Shown piece by piece: positions 12,626 to 24,799 of a DNA stretch of 64,000 nucleotides (positions within the stretch are counted from its first letter, which is position 1; each line of letters opens with the position of its first letter). Made by a program: the position numbers and the translations under genes. Under the pieces are notes generated by a model. That model was not told the DNA's origin and did not search any database. It saw only the letters and a list, made by a program, of their open reading frames with translations. Source of the DNA: Felis catus (lineage: Eukaryota); contig NC_058368.1 in NCBI RefSeq assembly GCF_018350175.1, forward strand, positions 197,658,001 to 197,722,000, written 5' to 3'.

Positions 12626-14094
12626 TAACCTGTCTTTGGGATATCTGTCTTCCATGGGCATTAGGTTTTAGTGCTGGAGAGTGACATCATTGGGACCTGC
12701 CTGAAGAAGGAGGGTGGGCTGGAGGGCAGAGACCAGGCAGAAGACCCCTTTCATGATTCCAGAAAAAAAAAACACGACTCAGTCCAGTGGGAACAGGCAG
12801 GAAAGGACAGATGTCTGTGGCAGAGTGGGGACAGACTCTCTGGGAACTGGCAAGTGGTTGTTGAGTGGAGAGTGGGGGGAAGGGGAACAAAGGTAGAGGT
12901 GTCCGAGGTGACTCAGGCTCCGTGCTCTCATGAGTATCAGGATCATGGTGTCATTTATCAAGAGTATTTGGTTTAGGGAAGTGGCATAGTGATACATTAA
13001 AGCTTGGATCTTATTATCATTAGACAAATAACTTACAGCTTTGCCACTTTCCAATTGTGACATAAGATGGTTAGGATTCAAGACATATACACGCGAGGGA
13101 GAGAAGGAATGGGGGGGAAGGGCTGAGAGCAAGAGGTGTGGAGACAGAGACAAGGCACAAAGAGGGTAAAGAAGAGATGTACAGACTGAGATGGAAAAAG
13201 GGAGAAGGAAGAGAGAGAAAGTATTTGAGTTAAGATGGGCAAGAGATTTGGACCATGAGGAAGCCAGACAGGGCCTGGAAGAGAAGGGAGAGAGGAGTAA
13301 CCACAGAGAGACAGGCCGAGAAAGCTCAGAATTTCTGGCATGAATGGGTTGGTTAATTCAAATTTCCAGTTCACTTGGGGTAGGCTCACCATTGTAAGGT
13401 AGTAATTTTTAAGAGCATCTTGGAAGATTTATTTGCTGGAGGAGGTTAATTACTGTCACAGCTTCTCTGGTCGGGCTGCAGCCACAGTGGTCCTTCTGTA
13501 GGTGAATTACACCCCCCCCCCCCCGGGGACGTCCCCTCACCTGTCTCGCCAAAGGCAGACCCTCTTTTCGCCTTCTCGTCATGACTTGTTTAACTCTTGG
13601 ATTGTTTTGTCCCTGGGATCTGAGGCCTTTGTCAGATAAGCTGAAGAAGAATGTTTTGCCTTCCATCCCGGTTCCTCACAGATCATGACAACAGCCAAGG
13701 TGCACTCAGACAGGAACTTTGGTAAGTCTCAACCCAGCTCGTGAATTTCTGGTGCCCATTTTACAGGTGGGAGCACAGAGGTTTGGCCCCTGTCTGATCA
13801 CGTGCTCGAGGTCACCAGTGGACGGAGCTAGAACAGGCTACCTCCAGCTCAGGGAAGCGAAGAGCCAAAGGGCCGACTGAACAAACATTGGCAGGATGCC
13901 TTACGAAGATTTCAGGCCACCGAAACGCTGCCTCCGGAAAACTTGGGAGCCCTCTGTCTCAGGGACGAGGGAGCTCGCTCCGAGCCCTGCTCCCAAACTA
14001 ACCGTGCCCCGGGCAGAGTCAGAGGCATGAGAAGGAAGTAAGCTCTACGGGGGCAGGATTTCCCCCGGCACGGGCACCACCAGCGCCTTCAGTG

Positions 14095-14175
14095 GTTCTA
14101 GTTATCATCTTCCCAGCGGGGAAACGGGCGCTCAGAGAGGTTAACCAACTTGCCCAAGGTCACGCAGGAGCCGGC
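14095..14175 (-). mobile_element. MIR core fragment at the CpG island edge
   Basis: GAAACGGGCGCTCAGAGAGGTTAACCAACTTGCCCAAGGTCACGCAG matches the MIR core GAAACTGAGGCTCAGAGAGGTTAAGTAACTTGCCCAAGGTCACACAG. Confidence 0.8.
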
Positions 14176-14289
14176 TCGGGCCCGGGGCAGCGGTCCTGCG
14201 GGGGAGGCGCCTGCGGCCCGCACGGAGGGGCGGGGTCCCGGCGGCCGCCCCGGCGCCCACTCCCCCGTGCGCCCCGCCGCAGTCGCCGT

Positions 14290-14402
14290 CGCCGCGCCGG
14301 GGGGGAGGAGGGGTGGGGGCGCCACCGCCGGGGCGGGGGGCGTGGAGCCCGCGCGGTGCAGCCCCGCCGGCCCGGGAGGAGGACGATGCGCGGCGCGCCC
14401 AG
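14290..14402 (+). other. Candidate first exon 1a (5' end approximate), contains ATG at 14386
   Basis: Near-consensus donor CAG|GTGAGC at 14402/14403 inside the CpG island. Confidence 0.6.
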
Positions 14403-14519
14403 GTGAGCCGGGTCGGGTTCCCCGCCGCCGCAGCCCCGCGCCCGCGCCCGCGCCGCGAGCCCGCCCGCCGGCCTCCCTGCGCGGGGGCTGGAGCCGGCAC
14501 CCGAGGGGGCGGCGGGGAG

Positions 14520-14641
14520 GGCGCAGGAAGCGGCTGGGAGCGCGGCGGCGGCGGCAGCGGCGGCGGCAGAAGCTCGGCTCCGCGGCTGGGGGTGGCCGCT
14601 CCGCCGCGCCGGGCGCCTGGCTGCCTCGCCTAGGGCGGCGG
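14520..14641 (+). other. Candidate alternative first exon 1b (5' end approximate), no ATG
   Basis: GGC-repeat leader typical of 5' UTRs, then donor CGG|GTAGGT at 14641/14642 (alternative TAG|GTGCGG at 14645/14646). Confidence 0.5.
14544..14567 (+). repeat. Interrupted (GGC)4 AGC (GGC)3 trinucleotide repeat
   Basis: Read directly. Confidence 0.9.
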
Positions 14642-14940
14642 GTAGGTGCGGCGGGCGCGCGGGGCCGGGACCCCGGGGGGGCCCCCGGGGTGCGGGTGGG
14701 GGCGCGGCGGGGGAGGAGGACCTCCGGAGAGCGCGCCCGGCCGCAGGGGGGTGGGCTGCGTGGCGGCCGGGGGAGGGGGGTGCGTGCGGGTGGGTGGCCG
14801 GTGGTGCAGGACGCGTCTCCGGCGTGGGACCGCCGTGGGGTCGGGGCTGGTGCCCTGCGCGTATGTGCGTAAGTACTTGTGAAACTGCTTGTTTGCCCAC
14901 AGACTGTCTAGGTGTGAGTGTGCGTGTGTGTATGAGAAAC

Positions 14941-15117
14941 AGAGAGAGAGAGAGAGAGAGAGGTAGCACGGGCAGCGCATCCATAACCATAACGTGTGTG
15001 TAACTGGATACATGTGTGTGGACTGTCAGGATGGTCCTGGATGTGTGACCCAGAGACTGTGACTCCCTCTCACTGTGTGTGTGTGCGTGCGTGTGTGTGT
15101 GTGTGTGTGTGTGTGTC
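14941..15117. repeat. (GA)n (14941-14962) and (TG)n (15075-15117) microsatellites just downstream of the CpG island
   Basis: Read directly. Confidence 0.92.
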
Positions 15118-17034
15118 TGTACGCGACGAGACACGCATGTTCTTGTGTCCACCTGGCCGTGTGTGTAAGTGACCAGGAGTGTGTGGGCACGCTGTGCTGC
15201 ACGAAGCTTCCACGGCCCTGCCGGTACCAGCTTCCTGCAGTTGCCTTTCACAGAATCCCGATACCACTTGCAGGCGCGTTTCCCCTCAGCACGCTAGCCG
15301 GCGTGGGGCTCTGGGCTGTGGGTTGCCTTTGGACCAAGTGGCTGTTGATATGGAGAGGCGGTGGCCGGCGGAGGTGGACAGGTCGTGGCCACCAGCTCGT
15401 CTTCCTCGAGGGCGAGCTTAAGAGAAAAGGTTGGCTGGATTTTCCATTTGGTCCACTAAAAGGAACAACGTGTTTCGTAGGTGGGTTTTGGGTGGGAGGA
15501 CCCTGGGGCAAAGCTTGCCCTTTTTGCCTAGATACTGCTGGGACGGTCCCTGGGTTTTAACCTCTGTGGGTGACCCTGGGGGGTGGTGTGCCCTCAGGTG
15601 TTTGCCTGGTCCCCTGGGGGGACCTTCAGCATCCGTGGCCAGGGAGAATCCGCTTTGTGCTGCTGGTGAGCACAGGTGGTGAAGGAAAAGGACACTGTGG
15701 TGGATGCAGTGCCCTAGAAAGAAGGAAGAAGTCGCGACAGGGGACGTGTGGCGTGCAGTCCTGGGGAGCAGCTTTTCACCCAGGAAATGAGGAGGTGGAG
15801 AAAATCGGTACAAAGTAGAGTTTTCAGCATTTTGAGCCATTTTTAAAAATTCCTATGCCTCTTGCCCTGAACTCTCTCTTGTGTTGGCCTCACTGTCCGC
15901 CCCCGGGGAAATATCCGTGGTATGATCATACTGCAGAGTTGAGCAGACCCCCGTTTAAGCTCCAGGAGAGCTGGCGGGACCTTCGGGGAGTGCTCACTTC
16001 GGCCCATGGTGAGCAGACAGTAGTCTTGGTTCCTCTGAGTTGTCTGGATTTTATTCCTGAAGCCGGTCTTACTAGGGGGCCGCACTGGCCTCACAACCAA
16101 CAAATGGAATGTATTTCCTTCCACTCCACTTCTCCTGGACCTCCCTGGCACTGTTCTTCCCCTCAGATCCTTCCCCGAGTTCACAGATGATACCCAGCAG
16201 AAGCGACCTGCTCCCCACCTCCAGAGCCGCCTTCCCCATCTGTTATGGAACCAGCACCACCCTCCAGGTGATGGTGGCTGGGAACGGAAGTCCTCTCTTT
16301 AGTCCTCCTCTTCGTCAGCTTGATCCATGGGCAGGTCTTACCTGCTTTCCCTCAGTACTTCTTGAATCTAATTTTGTTTGTTTTTCATTCCCACTGCTGC
16401 CGCTTTGTCAGGTGAACCCCGCGTTCCGGGATTTCCAGAGGTAGGGACAGAGGAGGACTGCGGTGGCAGAAAAGATGCAAAGCAAGTGCACAAAGGAGAC
16501 CCTTGACGTTATCCCTGTCTGACTAATGGGTGAAATAAGTTCTTTGGAAGGGTCTGGACCTTCTGAGGGGTGGAGCGTTCCGTGACCTAGATCGAGTCTC
16601 TTGGCCTTTGTAAATTTCAGTTTCTTCATCTGTGAAGTGTGATAGAAGAATTCAGCTGGGGTCTCGTTGCTAGATCGTTTCTAAGGTTTCTTCCAGCTTT
16701 GTAAATCTCTGATTGTCACTGCTGTTCTTTCGGTGAGAAATATTACCCCTAATGACTTCTGGTTGCCTTCCAATACCTATCCATCTTCTTAAAAAGTTCT
16801 GTGTGTCTTTAGGGAAAGGAGCCAAGCAAAGGGGAGAGGCGTGGAAACAGACTCTTGACTTAAATTTGTGGTTTCGGGTCAACAGCCCACATCAAGCCTT
16901 TGGCCCGAAGGAGTCCTAGAGGTCACCGATTCTCACCACCCATCAAGTGCCAGAACCTTCCATGCCATTGCCTTTTTGAAAATTGAAAAAGCGTGTTAAG
17001 TCTTATTACGATAACTTCACACAACATTCTAATT

Positions 17035-17245
17035 CAGGGTTTCTCAGATCTGTGTACTATTGACATCTTGGGCTAGATAATTTTTTTGTTGTTGTGATGG
17101 ACTGTCTGTCCTATGCGTCCTTGGACGGTTAGCAGCATCTCTGATGCCCATTAAGTGCCAGTAGCAATCGCCAGTTGTGAGGACCAAAATGTCTCCTTGG
17201 GGAACCAGATCCTTTCCCACCCACCCCCCTTGCTGAGAACCACTG
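17035..17245. mobile_element. MER20 (hAT-Charlie MITE)
   Basis: CAGGGTTTCTCA...TGAGAACCACTG terminal inverted repeats; 8-bp TSD TTCTAATT / TTGTAATT; internal ACTATTGACATCTTGGGCTAGATAATT. Confidence 0.88.
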
Positions 17246-17287
17246 TTGTAATTCAAACACAAGTCTTGTTGCCTTGTGCGGAAATAC

Positions 17288-17345
17288 CTTCTGTATTTTA
17301 ACGAGTAGTTGAACTTCTGTATTTTAACGAGTAGTGGAACTTCTG
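17288..17345. repeat. 26-bp tandem duplication (about 2.2 copies)
   Basis: CTTCTGTATTTTAACGAGTAGT(T/G)GAA x2 plus CTTCTG. Confidence 0.92.
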
Positions 17346-17494
17346 CGTTGCTAGCTGCTTTTTCCACACCCTTCCAACTTAACCACCCTCACACGTTTAC
17401 CTTTATCCCTCGTGGTTTCTCACTGCCTTGTTGCTATGCCTGGAGATGCTCAAGATGTTGCTGAAGGCTGAGAAGCATTTTGGAGACATTATCA

Positions 17495-17745
17495 TAATAA
17501 TCCTAATAGCTCACATGAATCCAGCCCTTGTTTGGTGCTAAGCATAGTTCTAAATGCTTTACGCGGATGATCTCATTTAATCTTCATTAAGAATCCCATG
17601 AGAGAGAGACTTTTATTCCCTCCCCTTGTAGAGATGAGGTGACTCAAAATTAGAGAGGTAGGATAACAGACTCAAGAGTTCTCTGAGCTGTGAGCAGTGG
17701 CCCTGGGTCTGACTCCAGAGTCCCTTCTGAGCCCCCACGCTAAAC
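17495..17745 (-). mobile_element. MIR, near full length
   Basis: ATAATAATCCTAATAGCTCAC...ATCTCATTTAATCTTCA...GATGAGG...GTCTGACTCCAGAG. Confidence 0.8.
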
Positions 17746-18454
17746 TCTTCCATGAATGGGATCTTGATGTTACAGGGTGGAAATGATCTTAAACAACTTC
17801 TAGTTCAGTTGTAGAACCAAGTTTGCTCCTAAGAAGGCTAGGAACTGACAGGTTGGCGACTGTGTTCCATTGAAATAATGTGGTTTCTCCTTTTTTTTTT
17901 TTTTTTTTTTTTTTGGTCTTCTCCTCCCTCTTTGTTATTTAGGTTATTCGGAAATAGCTCCAAGGTGTATGCAGAAGGAGAAGGGTGGTGGCAGGGTTGG
18001 GTATGTTGCAGGAGGGGGTTCGGGGAAAGGAAGGGTGGAGAAAAGGAACACACGCTGGATGCCATTGTGCATTGCTTTTTCCATTAAGTCCTCACCGTCA
18101 TGGAAACTTTAGGTATCTCTATTCATCAAAATTGAAGTTGCCTGATCTGTATCAACCCCCTCCTTCTGTGTTGTTAGCCCACTCGTTCATTCTTTCATTC
18201 CGCATGCTGTTTTGGTGCTACTGAGGGAGTACAAGGTGGTACACGTTTGGACAGAAGGACATCGAGTGCAGCGTAAATGGCCGTCACATAGGCTCGTTCA
18301 TAGAGTGAGCACCACTAGCTCACCCATTACTATTAAGCTTGACAATCCAAGGCCAGCCCTGAGAAGGCTGCCCGCTTCTCCTAAGACCCCATATCAACAA
18401 ATCCACGGGTTTGGTAGCTGCCTTGGTTTGGCAAGCCTCACAGTTTGGTTAAGA

Positions 18455-18645
18455 CAGTGGCTCTCCAACCTTGGCGAGCACCAAGATCATCCATAGGACA
18501 TGTTGAAACACAGATGGCTGGTCCCTGTCTCCAGAGTATCTGATTCAGTGCTTCCGGGTTGGGGCCTGAGAATCTGTAGTTCTGACTACATTCCCAGGTG
18601 ATGCTGATGCCAACGGTCCAGGAACCACAGTCTGAGGATCACATG
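18455..18645. mobile_element. MER5A (hAT-Charlie)
   Basis: CAGTGGCTCTCCAACCTTG...CTGATTCAGT...GGGGCCTGAGAATCTG...CCCAGGTGATGCTGATGC. Confidence 0.85.
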
Positions 18646-18716
18646 ATTAAGACCAATGTAACTAAATAAAGCGTACAACCCACCCACCTGAAATTTTTTA
18701 ATAAAAAATACTATTC

Positions 18717-18898
18717 GGGGGGCTCCTGGGTGGCTCCATTGGTTAAGCATCTGCCTCTTGATTTCGGCTCAGGTCATGATCTCACAGTCTGTGGGATCGA
18801 GCCCCATGTCCAGCTCTGCTCTGAGAGTGCTTGGGATTCTCTCTCCTTCTCTCTCTCTGCCCTGCTTTCTCTCAAAATAAGTAAACAAGCATTTGAAA
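18717..18898 (+). mobile_element. Older Can-SINE
   Basis: GGGGGGCTCCTGGGTGGCTCCATTGGTTAAGCATCTG...GGCTCAGGTCATGATCTC. Confidence 0.9.
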
Positions 18899-20857
18899 AA
18901 TATATTATTTTTAAGGTAGCTAAGCCTTTGATTTTATGAGAACCATGGGATAGAACAAAAATTGAAAGAATAGTCACTGCTAAGGACTAGTTGACGTCTC
19001 CCTTGAAGCCTCGAAACTTTGCCTCTCCTTTTGAATTTCAGAAAAGCCTTTGCTTTTTCTTAGCTGTGGTACTTCTGGGTTAGATTAATTCTGATCTTAG
19101 ATCTTTTCATGCTCCCTACCTCCTCTACACACCCCCACGGCTACTTTGGTCGGAATGATACGATCCCTCGTTGCTCACAGGATAATCCAAATGAAAAGTC
19201 CTTCAATATCTTATCCGCTGCCAGATACATTCTGACTCGCCCCTCTGAGATTGAGGAAGGTTTGTTACCTGTCCATCCAGCTTTTGTTTCCTGCAAAGTT
19301 GCTTTGCATTGATTTCTCCATTCAGATCGACCTTAGTGCAACGAGGAAACCCAGTGAAACTCCAGTGGGAGCATTTATATAGAACTGATTAAGTTTTTAA
19401 AATCTTAATCAGAAGAAGTTTCTTTTCAGACCAGATTTCGAGCTCCATCAACTCTTTCCTTCTTCTTGGCTCAGCTTCTGCCTCTTTTTGCACAACCACA
19501 CATCCTCCCCCTAAACAGGGTCACTCCAAGGTGACTCTAAGCACTTGCTGAGGAAGGTCTAGCAGTTCTGAAACTCAGAAACTCAGGATTTAAATAATGT
19601 TTACTGAATATTTACCAGGTGCTGTGGAATTGTACACAGCTGGGCTTCTTTGATTTTTATATCAAAACCCTGAGAGAAAATGTATTTCTCTTATTTACAG
19701 ATCAAGAAACCAAGGCCTGGAAACTTGAAGAAAACTCTTGCATTAGTTAGGGTAATGGTATTAGTAAGTATATATACATATATATATACACACACACATA
19801 CATATATTTGTTTATACATAATAAGAGTCAATATTGGCTTGCTGAAGCAAAAATAGGAAATTAGTGGAAGGATAATGAGGCTTTCTTTCAAGGAACTAGA
19901 CCCAAGGAAGGATGAGAATCAAGACATTAGCGGAGAACTCAGCTCCGGGAGTTCACGGTCTTGTCTTCATTGCTCTGCCATTAATCTGACACATTCCCAC
20001 CAAGAGTGTGTCTCTTGGTTCCGATTCTCAACAGGGTGAATCTGATTGGCCCAGCCATTCAGGGCCACAAGGTCACAGCCAACGCCTAGTTGCCATGGGG
20101 CTCACTTCTGTAGTGGCAGAGATAGTCCCAGTACACGTGGTCTGGTGGACACGTGAATGAAGGTCTCCCGTTTCAAATAACTAGTGTGGCAGAGACAAGA
20201 TTCGATCGCAGGCTTGACTTCATACCCGGTGCTTTCCTCCTACCAGAGGGATGTCTGATAGAGAAACACATTAATTTAGCACGTGACACAGATGACCTGC
20301 TTTGATTTTCAAGGTCCCCCTATACTAGGCTTTCTCTGCATGGGGTCCTGCTGCTTCCATTTGTGCATACCTTTTGGTTTCCGATGTGTCTGTGGCTGCA
20401 TCTTGGCTCCTCTCTGTCCATCTGGTTTCTATGCCGCGTGGCCTGGCTTCTCCTTCTGCTCATGGGTGTCGTGGCTCCCGCTCACCTAGCACACATTCTG
20501 ACTCACAGATTGTCAAAGTCGAGGGGATCCATCACCGTGCCTTCTCTTCTATCCATACAGTAAACAACCTCGGTAATACATGCCAAGCCCTGATTATGAA
20601 CATTGCTGAAAGCGCTATATCTCATCCACCTCTTCTAGAAAACTTATTGTTGCCTTTTTTTTTTTTTTAAACTTCCCAACACTTTGTTGTAAAACAGGAA
20701 GTTAAGAGGAAAGTTCAAAGAATTGTCCGGTGAACACATACACTCACCACACAGGTTCTACAGTCAACATTAACTTGCTTTGTCATATTTCTGTCTATCC
20801 ACCTTTCTACCCATTCATCAATCCATTATTTGGGCAATTGCAAAGTGTCTGTTTCTT

Positions 20858-21076
20858 TTTTTTTTTTTTTCAACTTTTTTTTTTTTTTTTTTTTGGACAG
20901 AGAGACAGAGCATGAACGGGGGAGGGGCAGAGAGAGAGGGAGACACAGAATCGGAAACAGGCTCCAGGCTCTGAGCCATCAGCCCAGAGCCTGACGCGGG
21001 GCTCGAACTCACAGATCGCGAGATTGTGACCTGGCTGAAGTCGGACGCTTAACCGACTGCGCCATCCAGGCGCCCC
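20858..21076 (-). mobile_element. Feline Can-SINE, young
   Basis: Long homogeneous T tail; TSD TGTTTCTT at 20850-20857 and 21077-21084. Confidence 0.95.
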
Positions 21077-22583
21077 TGTTTCTTATTCTCATTTGTATCA
21101 TTGGGAAACTGAGACCAAGACAGTTGACATGACTTGCCCAGAGTCACCACCTCCTGCAGAAGGATGCAGCTGGGATCTAGGGCTGGCAGTCTGCCTCCCA
21201 AAACGTTCTTGAACACCGAACAGCATTATGTCTCCTGGGAGGGGAGAGGGAAAGACTCACGGTCAGTTAGTGGCAGGGCGGTGGCCAGCACCCAGGTCGC
21301 TGGTGCTCAGGCTCTTGAAGTTTCCATTGCATCGACTCACGATAGTCTACTTTGTGAGTGGAGGTAGTGATTTCCTTGCTGCCCAAAGATCTGCCGGGTT
21401 GGTACTTTGCAAACTAACCCAGGTCTCTGGAAAATCTGATCTTTGACACAGATGATCGTACAAAACGAGTACACTCTTTCTTCCTTCTCCGAAATTGAAA
21501 ATAATTCATGGCAATGACAGGCTGGGGAATTACCGCGTTAGATAGCTTTTTACGCCGTTCAGAGGGCTTTCACATATGTCCTCTTATTTGAATTTTACGA
21601 GGAGTAGCAGATCTGCAAGACAGGTGGGCTGGATGTGTTAACCACACTGAACAGCCGGAGACCTGGGGCTCATAGAAGCAAAATGAGGATCTCAGAGTCA
21701 CATGGCGCTAAGAACAAAGTTAGGCCTTGGTGAAAGCACTTCGCCTCTTTCCGGTGCCAGCAGATACCGCGTGGGTTTTAAGGAGCTACATAAATATCTA
21801 GTTAATGAAATGAGACTCGAAAAGTTGAGATGCAGTGGGGGGGAGGCTACTGGGATCTTTTGTGGGATAGCTTAGTGACGTAAGGTCTGTGTTGTGAAGC
21901 CACTGCCTTGTGTGGCCTTGGACAGTGTCTCCTTTCTATGCCTCAGTTTCTTCGTCTGTGAAATGGGTATAAGTGCAGTACTCCTTCAGGGTGCGGCGTG
22001 AAGCTGCAGTGAGGGAACGCACGTGAAGGGTTTGGTGGTGAGTCTGTGTTCATGAAATCTCAGTCACAGAAATCTGCCACTGCTCCTCTCCGGCTTGCTC
22101 AGCAGGATTCTTCTGAGTTAAATGGGCCCCTCCAAAATCTGTGGATCCAGATCGATCTCTTTCCTAAGGGGTTTGTTTAGGAACTATTGGTGGGAGAGTA
22201 TACTCAGAGGCTTTTTGGGGAGGTGACTTCTGATTAGTCCCGTAAAGATAAGGATTCTGCTCGACAGTTTCCATCCAAGCTGTAAATAGCCCATGTCCTT
22301 CGAGATTGCACTAGGATGCCTAATTGGATATGATAATCAGCACATGATATCTGAAGTGGAGAGTTCTGTGTAAACTGTTTTCTAGCCCAGGAGGTTCAGA
22401 AGGCGTAGAAGAGAGTGAGGACAGAAGAAGTCAACGGGCTGGCGGAGACTTTTCTCTTGGCATGCATGGCAAATACTGTAATCCAGGTCTCTCTGCCAAG
22501 GAGGCATTTACATAGATGGGAAAAGCTATTAAAGAGGATTTCAGAGGGACGGACTCACCTGGGTGGATTGCGCTCCATCCTTG

Positions 22584-22750
22584 CAGTGTTTCCCAAAGCG
22601 CTCTCCATGAGCCGTCCGCACCAGAATCGCTGGGACGCTTGTTCAAATGCAGGTTCCCGGACCTACTGATTCAGAGATGCTTTGAATGAGGCACTCAGAT
22701 CCGCAGTTGTGCAAGTGATTTTTAGGGATTCTAGTGTTAGAGAACCACTG
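22584..22750. mobile_element. MER5-family (hAT-Charlie) MITE
   Basis: CAGTGTTTCCCAAA...AGAACCACTG inverted termini; internal CTTGTTCAAATGCAGGTTCCCGGACCTACTGA. Confidence 0.75.
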
Positions 22751-23257
22751 TGGTCCGCAGCATTAATCCCGCAAAGTTCAAAACAAGAATTTTGAAGACT
22801 TTCTTTTAGGTGGAATACAGATTTTAGCTTGACGTCTTCCCAAATCCAAGCCTCTGAGATGAGTGGGAACAAGACGCTCCGGGCATTCTGAGACTCAGCT
22901 CTCAGGGGCCTGTCCCGCAGAGAAGACGAGTAATGTGTGTAACTACACCCCCAAGTAGGGCAGATCAGTCCCCAGGTGCGTAGCTGCCTTCATGGAGAAG
23001 CAGAGTGGGAAACATCCAGCCTCCAAGGACCCCAGCCAGAGGCCACCCTGTCACAATAGCCGGCTCAAATTACGTTGGGAACTCACTGGCCATTCGCATT
23101 ATTAGTGTTCATGTTCATTTATTTTTTGTGAGGTTGGTATTATGCTTCTCCCTGTTATACAGATGGGGCCACTGAGGCTAAGAAAAGTAAACGATTTGTC
23201 CAAGGGCATACCTGGTAATCAGTGCAACCACGACAGAGTCCAAGGCCGTGCTTTGAA

Positions 23258-23792
23258 TTGGGCCGGCAAACTGTCTGACTGGCTGGCTGTTTTTGTATGG
23301 CCTGTGAGCCGAAAATGATTTTTACTTTTTTAAAAAAATATATTTATTTATTTTGGGGGAGAGCGCAAGCAGGGGAGGGGCAGACAGAGGGGGACAGAGG
23401 ATCTGAAGAGGGCTCTGCGCTGACAGGCTGACAGCAGTGAGCCTGATGTGGGACTTGAACTCACAAACCGCGAGACCATGACCTGAGCCAAAGTCGGACA
23501 CTCAACCAACTGAGCCACCCAGGTGCCCCTGTTTTTGCATTTTTAGAATTGCTGGGAAAAAAAAAAAATCAAAAGAAGAAGACTATTTTGTGACAAGTGA
23601 AAATTATGTGAAATTCAAATTCGGTGTCCATAAATACCTTTTATTGGAAAACAGCCATGCTCAGTCATTTACGTATTGTCTGTGGCAGTTTTCCTGCTAC
23701 AGGGGCAGAGTTGAGTAGTTGCGATAATGACCTTGTGCTCCATAGAGCCTAAAATATTTACCAGACGGCCCTCAAAACAGTGCCAGTCTCTG
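23258..23792. mobile_element. MER58B-like (hAT-Charlie) interrupted by a SINE
   Basis: GGCCGGCAAAC...GAAAATTATGTGAAATTCAAATT...TTTTATTGGAAAACAGCCATGCTCA...GGCAGAGTTGAGTAGTTGCGA...GCCTAAAATATTTAC. Confidence 0.82.
23325..23529 (-). mobile_element. Can-SINE nested in MER58
   Basis: Ends ...CTGAGCCACCCAGGTGCCCC. Confidence 0.9.
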
Positions 23793-24074
23793 CCTCAAAT
23801 CACTATGCCGGTGTCTCCCAAACTGCAGTCGTTTGAGTACTACCTTTGTGGTTCTTGCCACCGTCTCATGCCATCTGGCACGTTATCTGCAGAGCCCTTT
23901 TCTTTAGATCAATTAGTTTTCCTTAAATAAGTTTATTTTACAAAGAAACAAAAATGTAAGTGGAAGCCAGTGCCAACTGCAAGAAATAGAAGGTAACTGT
24001 AAAAGCGAATGCCGCGCACACAAAACAATGTATCAGATTTCAGCTGCACAGTTGGAGCAGATACTGACACCGGT

Positions 24075-24520
24075 CCACTCAGTTTCCTGCAGACCCCGTC
24101 ACCCTTTCTGTATCCAGCCTCCTGACTTCCAGTGGAGAACCTGCCTCATTTTTGGAAGGGCTGCCCTCAGTCTGCTGTAATCCACTGTGTTTATAAGCAC
24201 GATGGGCTGGAGGTGCCTGGGAAACCGTGTCCCCCGTGGACAGCCCCTAACCAATAAATGATGGTGGCGAGAGTATTAATACCCCAGTGCCCTCCCCATT
24301 TGTCCCAGATAATTCTGAGGCATATTTGCACCATTTCCCAGAGCTTCCACGTGAGATGACGCTTCTGTGGCGTAAGAACACATTCCGCATCGGCTGCCTT
24401 TCACCTCCATTCCTGTATCATTATCCGCCAAGGGTGTCCCTGCACCTGGCAGATGAACAGGGCACATTTATTTAATCCTCACCTTCAGACCTGCTTCTTG
24501 GAGGACCTCGGTAAGATAAT
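24075..24520. mobile_element. ERVL LTR16-like remnant
   Basis: GGACAGCCCCTAACCAAT...ATACCCCAG...GATAATTCTGAGGCAT...TTTCCCAGAG resembles LTR16 (from memory). Confidence 0.55.
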
Positions 24521-24799
24521 CGTGTTTCTAGCCAAAGATTGTGAGCTTGAGACCTGTTCTTTTTTCATTATAAAAAGGAGATTTCCAAATGTCAGGAAGG
24601 TTTCAGAGATTAACACTTGAGTTCTCTTCTTCAACGTAAATAACAGTGATGAAAATAGAAAAGGAAAGGAGAACACGTTTTTAACCATATGATCCCACAG
24701 CATTTAATGCTGTGTCCACCTGCTGCCTAGGACCACGAGCTTTCTCCAGGGACGTGGGAACCACACTCAGGGAATTGATGTTTGACCTTAAAGAGAGGC

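Larger units (their letters stand above)
14110..14880 (+). promoter_or_regulatory. CpG-island promoter of an unidentified gene, probably + strand
   Basis: Very GC-rich and CpG-dense against a CpG-depleted background; GC boxes (GGGGCGGGG at about 14227); no TATA seen; + strand splice donors inside; G-rich skew downstream. Confidence 0.9.

Noticed and set aside
14092..15251. Long ORFs over the CpG island (240 aa on +, 363 aa on -)
   Set aside because: Low-complexity Gly/Arg/Pro/Ala and microsatellite-derived translations; stop codons are naturally scarce in very GC-rich DNA; no recognisable domain
16412..16440. Possible 29-nt micro-exon (TGTCAG|GTGAAC...AGAG|GTAGGG)
   Set aside because: Splice signals are moderate and within chance expectation for 64 kb; no other support
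17288..17345. Short direct repeats as a CRISPR-like array
   Set aside because: Head-to-tail duplication with no spacers, in a mammalian context
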